11,027 nucleotides of DNA from Elusimicrobiota bacterium (GTDB lineage Bacteria > Elusimicrobiota > UBA8919). Positions 1 through 6,455 of this stretch are shown piece after piece. Each line of letters begins with the position of its first letter. Within the stretch, counting starts at the first letter, position 1. The notes beneath the pieces are model-generated. The model was not told the DNA's origin and did no database searches. It saw only the letters and a list, made by a program, of their open reading frames with translations. Made by a program: the position numbers and the translations under genes. The stretch lies in assembly GCA_043816185.1 (NCBI GenBank), contig JBDRIG010000041.1, forward strand, positions 1 to 11,027, read 5' to 3'.

Positions 1-18
1 CTTTATTATTGGTGTCAT
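1..18 (-). CDS. Possible 5' end of a downstream gene (MTPIIK...), truncated by the window edge
   Basis: ATG at 18-16 is open to the window edge; GGAG at 44-41 upstream; same orientation as the operon. Only 6 codons are visible. Confidence 0.35.
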
Positions 19-160
19 TTACAAATTTATATTCGTTTATCTCCACCCGTTTAGCGGGAAGGAAGCGTGTCAAAAGATGCTGATTTTTGACAAAGGGGAT
101 GCTATTTTCTACTTGACATGCTTTTCCATAGATGATGACAAGTTGTGTCATTGTGGCAAA

Positions 161-847
161 TTATATTTGTTTCACTTTGTCAATATCGGTATATCTCCCA
201 ATAAGAACAAGTATATCTCCGTCTTGTAAAATCTCTGAAGCAGGTGGAGCAATAAACAATTCCTCTTTGAAATCAGTTTCACCGTTATCTTTAATATATG
301 GTATTTTTCTTTTAATACCTATAATATGTAGATTATATTTTGCTCTTACGTCAACATCCTTAATCGTCTTATCTATAAATAATTGAGGAACAATAACCTC
401 TGCCATATTATATTCTGGCGAAAGTTCTATTTTTTCTATTATGTTCGGAGATAATAACATTTCTGCAAGTTTTATCCCCATATCTCTTTCAGGAAAAACA
501 ATTTTATCAACACCTATTTTCTGAAGAACCTTCGCATGTATATCATCTAAACCTTTAACAACAATGTTTTTAACACCAACTTCTTTTAATATCAAACTAG
601 TAAGAATACTCGCTTCCCTGTTATCGCCGATAGCAATAATAGCAGTATTAAAATCACTAAGACCAAGTTCTCTTATCGATTTTTCATCTGTTGAATCTGC
701 TACTACTGCCTGAGTAATGAATGAAGAAATTTCCTGTATTTTTCGTTCATTCGTGTCTATAGCAAGAACCTGAATGCCTCTTTTTGACAATTCTTTCGCA
801 ACAGCAATTCCAAATGTTCCAAGTCCAATAACCGCAATTTGTTCCAT
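161..847 (-). CDS. ktrA: Ktr/Trk potassium uptake system RCK (NAD-binding) regulatory subunit, KtrA/TrkA family
   Basis: MEQIAVIGLGTFG Rossmann motif, AIIAIGD, KIGVDKIVFPERDMG, C-terminal RCK_C domain. ATG at 847 matches the family N-terminus; the longer ORF (TTG 901) runs into repeat DNA. Confidence 0.92.
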   Translation of the reverse strand: MEQIAVIGLGTFGIAVAKELSKRGIQVLAIDTNERKIQEISSFITQAVVADSTDEKSIRELGLSDFNTAIIAIGDNREASILTSLILKEVGVKNIVVKGLDDIHAKVLQKIGVDKIVFPERDMGIKLAEMLLSPNIIEKIELSPEYNMAEVIVPQLFIDKTIKDVDVRAKYNLHIIGIKRKIPYIKDNGETDFKEELFIAPPASEILQDGDILVLIGRYTDIDKVKQI

Positions 848-868
848 AATAACAGCAGCAGATAGTAA

Positions 869-1046
869 CACTACTTCGTTAGGTGGCTCATTTACCGACA
901 ACCTATTTTATGTTCATGGTCATTGCGAAGTGAGGTCGCCACAGGCGACCGTGGCAATCCCAGCGTTAAAGACGAGATTGCTTCGCTATCGCTCGCAATG
1001 ACAACAAGGTCGCTCGCAATGACGGACTGAACTTAACGAAATAGTA
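869..1046. mobile_element. MITE-like element with imperfect terminal inverted repeats and a possible 4-bp target duplication
   Basis: ACTACTTCGTTAGGT (870-884) matches the reverse complement of 1031-1045 (ACTATTTCGTTAAGT) at 13/15; GTAA flanks both sides (865-868, 1047-1050); no transposase. Confidence 0.55.
919..1023. repeat. GTCATTGCGA...TCGCAATGAC palindromic (REP/RPE-like) element, copy 1
   Basis: Perfect IR 919-928/993-1002; inner hairpin GGTCGCC-ACA-GGCGACC (934-950); GCAATC/GATTGC stem (954-959/976-981); right end TCGCTCGCAATGAC duplicated (989-1002, 1010-1023). Confidence 0.85.
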
Positions 1047-1138
1047 GTAAGTAATTAGTAATAGCGATTGACTCAAATTAATAAATTTTCGAACCAACAT
1101 TCGCCACTACAAACCATCTATTCGCTATCTTTTCTCTG

Positions 1139-1145
1139 CCTCCTT
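1139..1145 (-). promoter_or_regulatory. Strong Shine-Dalgarno AAGGAGG overlapping the ktrB stop, with no canonical start codon at normal spacing
   Basis: Minus strand reads TAAGGAGGCAGAGAAAAGATAGCG; the ktrA ATG is 291 nt downstream. Confidence 0.6.
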
Positions 1146-2475
1146 ATCCGACTACAACTTTATCTTCAATGTAACGAAATTTTTCTACACCACTTTCATC
1201 TATAACAACAGTTGCAATTGTTAAAGGTCCAAGCCTTCCAACAAACATCGTCAATATTATAAGCAACTTACCAAAAGGCGTAAAAAAAGATGAAAATGAA
1301 AGTAATGTCCCAGTAGCACTAGATAAACCACAGGTTGCAAATGCTGAAACAACTTCAAAAAGTGTTTTCATGAAGTCCTTACCTTCAATAACTAAAATCA
1401 AAAATGTCATTACCAATACAAAAACAAAAGCAAAAAAAGTGAGTATAAATGATTTTTGAACAATTTCAGCAGAAATCCTTCGCTTAAAAATGGAAACATC
1501 TTTTCTGCCTTTTAGTGTTGTTTTTATACTCATAAGAACTGTAGCAAACGTCGTTGTTTTTATTCCACCTCCGGTTCCCGATGGAGAAGCACCTATAAAC
1601 ATCAGCCCTATAATTAAAAATAAAATTGGAGCAGTAAGTGCTGAAATATCAATAGTATTAAAACCTGCTGTGCGAGGAGAAACGGATTGAAAATAGGCGG
1701 ACAATAATTTATCTTTAAACGAAAGAAGCCCAATTGTATTCGGATTATTATTTTCCAACAGAAATATCAGGACAGTGCCTATAACAATAAAAATTATCGT
1801 CGTCCAAAACACAACTTTTGTGTGTAAAAGAAATCGCTTCGTTTTTTTGTAAGAATGAACGTCGCTGATAACAATATAACCAATGCCTCCCAAAATTATA
1901 AGCGTTGTTATTCCAAGATTTATTACTACGGAACCGACATAATTTGTGAGATTCGGTCCGAAGGTTGAAAAACCGGCGTTGCAAAAAGCGGAAACCGAAT
2001 GAAAAATTGAATGCCCAAAGCCACTGACAATTCCGAATTCTGGAATCCACTTTATTGAAAGAATTACCGCCCCTATAAATTCAATAAGTAACGTAATTTT
2101 TGCAACATAAACTATAAACTTTTTAATTTCATTAAATGAAAATATCTGTATGCCTTCAGCAAACGTAAGTCGATCCTTCAAAGACACTTGTTTACCTATC
2201 ATAACCACAAATAATGTGGCAAGTGTCATATAGCCCAAACCACCAATTTGAATAAGAAGTAGTATGATTATTTTGCCAAATAATGACCATTGCGTCGCTG
2301 TATTTACGACAATAAGTCCTGTAACACAAACAGCAGATGTCGCTGTAAAAAATGCATCAACAAAACTTACACATTGTGATTGAGCAGAACAAACAGGTAA
2401 TGACAAAATAATGCTTCCAATTAAAATTACACCTGCAAAACCGAATATAAGAATCTGCTGTGAGGATAATTTCAT
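1144..2475 (-). CDS. ktrB: Ktr/Trk potassium uptake membrane subunit, KtrB/TrkH family
   Basis: 443 aa hydrophobic protein with four pore-loop motifs: TATSAVCVTGL, SAFCNAGF, RTAGF, SAFATCGLS; also GASPSGTGGGIK and MFVGRLGPLT. Confidence 0.93.
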   Translation of the reverse strand: MKLSSQQILIFGFAGVILIGSIILSLPVCSAQSQCVSFVDAFFTATSAVCVTGLIVVNTATQWSLFGKIIILLLIQIGGLGYMTLATLFVVMIGKQVSLKDRLTFAEGIQIFSFNEIKKFIVYVAKITLLIEFIGAVILSIKWIPEFGIVSGFGHSIFHSVSAFCNAGFSTFGPNLTNYVGSVVINLGITTLIILGGIGYIVISDVHSYKKTKRFLLHTKVVFWTTIIFIVIGTVLIFLLENNNPNTIGLLSFKDKLLSAYFQSVSPRTAGFNTIDISALTAPILFLIIGLMFIGASPSGTGGGIKTTTFATVLMSIKTTLKGRKDVSIFKRRISAEIVQKSFILTFFAFVFVLVMTFLILVIEGKDFMKTLFEVVSAFATCGLSSATGTLLSFSSFFTPFGKLLIILTMFVGRLGPLTIATVVIDESGVEKFRYIEDKVVVG

Positions 2476-2477
2476 AA

Positions 2478-2948
2478 TTAATTTGCAGCCTGTGTTTCTG
2501 AAGAGGTTACTGTCGATGATTGCACTGGCAGGTCTGCTTCGTGTTTATCCGCTGTGGCAGAAACATGGCAGGTAGACTCGTCTGGTGATTGTCTGGTAGG
2601 CATTTTTGATTTTGCAATTTCCGCTAACTGCGCGAAATCTTTTGGATGTGAAATGGCAATATCGGCAAGCATTTTTCTATTAAGCGTTATACCAGCTTTT
2701 TTAATTCCTGAAATAAATCTACTATACGACAAACCATTAAGACGAGCAGCCGCATTAAGCGTTAAAATCCACTGGCTTTTTTTATCACGCTTTCTTTGAA
2801 TTCTGCCGACATATGAATGAACCAGTGCCTTGTCCACTCTTTCCGATGCATGTATGTAAACATTTTTGTTGGACAAACGAAATCCCTTTGACTTCTTAAA
2901 AAGTCGTTTTTTCCTTCTTCTTGTTACAACTCCACCTTTAATACGCAT
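2478..2948 (-). CDS. rplT: 50S ribosomal protein L20 with ~40-aa C-terminal extension
   Basis: MRIKGGVVTRRRKKR, SKGF, RKRD..WI..LNAAAR..GLSYSRFI.G.KKAGI.LNRKMLADIA; follows rpmI. Confidence 0.96.
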   Translation of the reverse strand: MRIKGGVVTRRRKKRLFKKSKGFRLSNKNVYIHASERVDKALVHSYVGRIQRKRDKKSQWILTLNAAARLNGLSYSRFISGIKKAGITLNRKMLADIAISHPKDFAQLAEIAKSKMPTRQSPDESTCHVSATADKHEADLPVQSSTVTSSETQAAN

Positions 2949-2959
2949 GTTATTAAAAT

Positions 2960-3014
2960 CAATTATAAACTGAGAATTTAACGCAAAAAATTCTTAATTC
3001 TCAATTTGTAATTG
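2960..3014. repeat. 19-bp imperfect inverted repeat with 7-nt periodicity, between the SD and start of rplT
   Basis: CAATTATAAACTGAGAATT (2960-2978) and AATTCTCAATTTGTAATTG (2996-3014); SD AGGAGG at 3020-3015 abuts it. Confidence 0.85.
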
Positions 3015-3020
3015 CCTCCT

Positions 3021-3218
3021 TTACAGATACGGTAAAATAGTTTTTATCATCTTTGTGTCAACTTTATTTAACGTTGCTGCTTTTTTCAAATGTCGCATTC
3101 TGTTTGGTGACTTCCCTGTAAGAATATGTCGTGCACCTTGTTTTTTTCTCTTAATTTTACCCGTTGCCGTTAGAAAAAATCTCTTTTTGGCGCCACTGTG
3201 TGATTTCAATTTTGGCAT
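3021..3218 (-). CDS. rpmI: 50S ribosomal protein L35
   Basis: MPKLKSHSGAKKRF..TATGKIKR...ARHILTGK...LPY; SD GAAAGGAG upstream. Confidence 0.97.
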   Translation of the reverse strand: MPKLKSHSGAKKRFFLTATGKIKRKKQGARHILTGKSPNRMRHLKKAATLNKVDTKMIKTILPYL

Positions 3219-3245
3219 AGTATCTCCTTTCTAATACAAAATGAG

Positions 3246-3264
3246 AAAAAAATTCCGAAGAATC
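3246..3264 (-). terminator. Possible weak intrinsic terminator/attenuator upstream of rpmI
   Basis: Minus strand GATTC-TTCG-GAATT (cUUCGg tetraloop) running into a T tract; the stem is short. Confidence 0.35.
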
Positions 3265-3472
3265 AAAAATTTCTGAATGGCCTTCCCGATTTATCAGAAC
3301 AACTTATTTTTTTTCAGCCGCCAAAATTCGACAGGATTTAACGACGAAATCTGGCGACGAAACATAGCAAGAAACAAATTGCTAAAAACTCACTTAATGG
3401 AGCGAGTTCTGACAACTATTTCCCCGCTCGTAAAATCTCATCTTCAGCGGAAAAAAATTTGTTTCCAAACAA
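3251..3472 (-). other. Multi-hairpin intergenic region, candidate cis-regulatory RNA
   Basis: Six consecutive stems (3420-3454, 3387-3408, 3365-3384, 3317-3358, 3271-3299, 3251-3264); several mismatches become G-U pairs on the minus (mRNA) strand. Confidence 0.5.
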
Positions 3473-3976
3473 CTATTTTTTCGGTGAAAGAATTGCACTT
3501 ATTGAGTTTCCAACCAAGCGTGGAGACGAATCGGGCTGCCCGTATTCACTTACAGCCACAAGAAGACGATTGATTATATCTCCACCCACCGATATATGCT
3601 CCCTCTCTCTCCCGAAAAACTGCATCAGTACTTTTACCTTGTTTTTTTCTTCGAGAAACCGTTTGACATGTTTGATCTTTACTTCTAAATCATGCTCACC
3701 GATTTTTGGTCTTATCTTTATTTCTTTCAAAACACCAGTTTTATGAACTGTTTTGTTTTTTTTACTTTGAAGATACTTGTATTTTTTGTAATCAATAATT
3801 TTACACACTGGCGGGTTTGCCATTGGTGCTATTTCAACAAGATCAACACCAAATTCCCTTGCTAAAGATATTGCTTCCATTATAGATTTTTCTCCAAGTT
3901 GCGTTCCGTCCTCACCTACCAAACGAACCCTTGGTGCTCTTATTTGATTATTAATTTTTAAAAAACTTTTTGAAAT
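3473..3976 (-). CDS. infC: Translation initiation factor IF-3, non-canonical ATT start (167 aa)
   Basis: SD GGAGGTGA (3990-3983), 6 nt, then ATT at 3976 in frame with the ORF track; adds SKSFLKINNQIRAPRVRL; motifs DLVEIAPMANPPVCKIIDY and KEIKIRPKIGEHD. Confidence 0.95.
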   Translation of the reverse strand: MSKSFLKINNQIRAPRVRLVGEDGTQLGEKSIMEAISLAREFGVDLVEIAPMANPPVCKIIDYKKYKYLQSKKNKTVHKTGVLKEIKIRPKIGEHDLEVKIKHVKRFLEEKNKVKVLMQFFGREREHISVGGDIINRLLVAVSEYGQPDSSPRLVGNSISAILSPKK

Positions 3977-4121
3977 TTTATATCACCTCCATAACTCAAG
4001 CAACTTTGCTGCAAAAATTGCAAACGAAAAACAATTGATAGAAAATTATTTATTACTCATTCTTCTATGTTTTGCTTTTCTACTTTATTACAACCTGCGA
4101 TACTTCTTCTTCACTTCTCTC

Positions 4122-4802
4122 TCACGACAAATTTGTCTCTAAGTTTATTTTCAATTTTATTAGCGCATCCTTTGCCGCACTCTGTTGTGCTTCTTTTTTT
4201 GATTTACCAAGTCCTGCACCAATTTGCTTTTTTTTAACACTTACCACAACCTTAAATATTTTGTTATGGGCAGGCCCTGTTTCTTCTTTGACGATGTAGG
4301 TAGGTGTCATCTTATGTTTTGACTGTATTATTTTTTGTAATTCCGATTTGAAATCCAATAAAACAATTTCTTGTTTGTCTAATAATTCCCAAACAAACTT
4401 TTCTGTTATTTTATATCCACTATCTAAAAATATCGCACCTATAATTGCTTCTACCGTATTTGCAAGTATTGACTCTTTGCACCTACCACCAGTTGACTCT
4501 TCAGATATGGACATTTTTATAAATTTTCCGAGTTCAAGTTTTTTTGCAATTTCTTGTAAAGCTACACCGCTTACTACAGATGATTTTATTTTAGAAAGAT
4601 TACCCTCGTCATAACTTGGATATTTGGAGTAAAAATAAATGGCCGCCATTGTGGATAAAACAGCATCGCCTAAAAACTCCATCCGCTCATTAAATTCCTT
4701 TAAATCATTTTCTATTGCAAACGATTTGTGCGTTATTGCAATATCTAAAAATTTTGGATCTTTGAATTTTACTTTTATTTTTTTTTGTAATTCATCAAGC
4801 AT
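4122..4802 (-). CDS. rnc: Ribonuclease III
   Basis: AITHKSF, NERMEFLGDAVL signature, EAIIGAIFLDSG, C-terminal dsRBD (DFKSELQ, GPAH, GKSKKEAQQSAA); start overlaps the fabF stop by 8 nt. Confidence 0.96.
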   Translation of the reverse strand: MLDELQKKIKVKFKDPKFLDIAITHKSFAIENDLKEFNERMEFLGDAVLSTMAAIYFYSKYPSYDEGNLSKIKSSVVSGVALQEIAKKLELGKFIKMSISEESTGGRCKESILANTVEAIIGAIFLDSGYKITEKFVWELLDKQEIVLLDFKSELQKIIQSKHKMTPTYIVKEETGPAHNKIFKVVVSVKKKQIGAGLGKSKKEAQQSAAKDALIKLKINLETNLS

Positions 4803-6033
4803 ATTTTTTTACCACCAATGTCGCATTGTGTCCACCAAAACCGAGCGAATTAGAAATTGCAGCATTTATTTGTTTTTGCCGTGGTTTGTTAGGCACATAA
4901 TCAAGATCGCATTCAGGATCAGGAAACTCATAATTTATCGTTGGATGAATAAAACCTCTTTCTATGCACAAAGCTGTCGCAATAAGTTCTACTGCCCCAG
5001 CAGCACCCAAAAGGTGACCAGTCATTGATTTTGTCGATGATATTGCAAGTTTTTTTGCATGTTCGCCAAAAATATTTTTTATTGCTATGGTTTCAACTTT
5101 ATCGTTCAAGTTTGTTGAGGTTCCGTGCGCATTTACATAATCGATGTCTTCTGGTTTAAGTCCCGCATCTTTTATTGCTAATTCTATACATTTTGATGAC
5201 GCAATGGCGTTTGGTTCAGGTGCTGTAATATGATATGCATCGTCGGTAGCACCATAGCCAGCAAGTTCACAATATATTTTCGCACCGCGCGCAAGTGCAT
5301 GTTCTTCTGTCTCAAGAATCATTATTCCCGCACCTTCACCCATAACAAAACCATCTCTTTGGGCATCAAAAGGACGCGATGCTTTTTCAGGAGAGTCATT
5401 TCTCGTCGAAAGTGCTTTAATCGAACAAAAACCACCAAAACCCAATTGCGTTATTGCCGCTTCACTTCCACCTGCAATTGCGACATCCATATCACCACAT
5501 CTCATTAAACGTAGTGCGTTACCTACTGAATGCGTAGACGATGCACATGCAGAAGTAATGGAATAATTTGGCCCACGAACACCAAGCATTATCGCAATTT
5601 CTCCAGGTGCCATATTTGTAATAAGCATTGGTATAAAAAATGGTGAAATTCTGTCAGCACCCTTTTCAAAAAGAATTTTTGATTGCTCTTCTATCGTCTT
5701 AATTCCACCTATGCCGCTTCCAACAATTACTCCACATCTCTCAGGATTTTCTTTCGCAAAATCAATCTTTGAATCCTCCGCCGCTAATTTCGCTGCTGCA
5801 ACTGCAAACTGAACAAATCTGTCCATTCTTCTAATCTTTTTTTTATCAATATAGTTTTCTGGGTTGAAATCCTTTACTTCACAACCAAATTTGGCTGAAA
5901 AATTAGTGGTGTCAAATTTTGTAATCGGCCCTGCTGACGATTTTCCGTCCATCAATGCCTTCCAATATTCATCTTTGCCAATACCGATAGGTGATACCAC
6001 CCCTACTCCAGTAATTACGACCTTTTTATACAT
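4795..6033 (-). CDS. fabF: 3-oxoacyl-ACP synthase II
   Basis: KKVVITGVG, SACAS, NAHGTST, KSMTGHLLGAAG, NSLGFGGHN. ATG 6033 fits the family N-terminus; alternative ATG at 6054. Confidence 0.95.
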   Translation of the reverse strand: MYKKVVITGVGVVSPIGIGKDEYWKALMDGKSSAGPITKFDTTNFSAKFGCEVKDFNPENYIDKKKIRRMDRFVQFAVAAAKLAAEDSKIDFAKENPERCGVIVGSGIGGIKTIEEQSKILFEKGADRISPFFIPMLITNMAPGEIAIMLGVRGPNYSITSACASSTHSVGNALRLMRCGDMDVAIAGGSEAAITQLGFGGFCSIKALSTRNDSPEKASRPFDAQRDGFVMGEGAGIMILETEEHALARGAKIYCELAGYGATDDAYHITAPEPNAIASSKCIELAIKDAGLKPEDIDYVNAHGTSTNLNDKVETIAIKNIFGEHAKKLAISSTKSMTGHLLGAAGAVELIATALCIERGFIHPTINYEFPDPECDLDYVPNKPRQKQINAAISNSLGFGGHNATLVVKKYA

Positions 6034-6056
6034 AATTGTTTCCAGAAAAAACATGG

Positions 6057-6133
6057 ATCAAAAAAACAAAAATAAGCGATAAGTGACTTGAATTAAATAA
6101 AGACAAAAAAACCTAATTCTTAATTCTTGATTT
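6057..6133. repeat. Heptamer-periodic imperfect hairpin between acpP and fabF
   Basis: Minus strand AAATCAA GAATTAA GAATTAG; ATCAAGAA pairs with TTTTTGAT and TAAGAAT with ATTTTTG using G-U pairs. Confidence 0.55.
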
Positions 6134-6138
6134 CTTCT

Positions 6139-6381
6139 CTATCCTGCTTTTGCATGTGCGTTAATATAATCAATTGCTTGACCAACAGTTGCAATTTTCG
6201 ATGCTTCTTCATCTGGAATTTCAAGTCCAAATGCTTCTTCAAATGCCATAACAAGTTCAACTGTATCTAAAGAATCGGCACCTAAATCATTTACAAATGA
6301 TGCTGCCGGTACAACCTTTGCTGCATCCACACTCAACTGCTCGGTCACAATTTGTTTTACCTTCTCTGATACATCTGCCAT
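6139..6381 (-). CDS. acpP: Acyl carrier protein
   Basis: [21 protein letters not shown] phosphopantetheine site; SD AAGGGGG upstream. Confidence 0.97.
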   Translation of the reverse strand: MADVSEKVKQIVTEQLSVDAAKVVPAASFVNDLGADSLDTVELVMAFEEAFGLEIPDEEASKIATVGQAIDYINAHAKAG

Positions 6382-6390
6382 AATACCCCC

Positions 6391-6445
6391 TTAAAATCAA
6401 TTACAAATTAGGAATTAAGAATCGGATTTTTACATTAAATTCTCG
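6391..6445. repeat. Second copy of the rpmI-rplT heptamer element, between fabG and acpP
   Basis: Plus strand CAATTAC AAATTAG GAATTAA GAAT...TTAAATTCTC aligns with the minus strand of 3014-2972 (CAATTAC AAATTGA GAATTAA GAAT...TTAAATTCTC). Confidence 0.8.
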
Positions 6446-6455
6446 ATCGCCTTTC

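Noticed and set aside
848..901. KtrA N-terminal extension from TTG 901
   Set aside because: Lies in the MITE end and hairpin arm, has no properly spaced SD, and KtrA homologues begin just before the GxGxxG strand.
774..1001. 75-aa plus-strand ORF
   Set aside because: Half antisense to ktrA, half a translation of the palindromic repeat.
3415..3447. Hammerhead ribozyme core (CUGAAGA...GAAA on the minus strand)
   Set aside because: No stem II with the conserved closing pair between the two motifs, and no supporting stems I and III.
3400..3455. c-di-AMP (ydaO) riboswitch, suggested by CGCTGAA...GAGCGGGGAA on the minus strand and ktr genes downstream
   Set aside because: The later conserved blocks (GGGGUGAAU, GUAGGG, CCCGAA-CCGUCAGCUAAC) are missing, and the simple CCGCT/AGCGG hairpin explains the match. 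An Rfam search would settle it.
3299..3478. CRISPR array
   Set aside because: Repeats are only 10-11 nt with irregular spacing, and there are no cas genes.
3277..3573. 98-aa plus-strand ORF across the infC-rpmI spacer
   Set aside because: No SD, overlaps infC antisense, no recognisable family.
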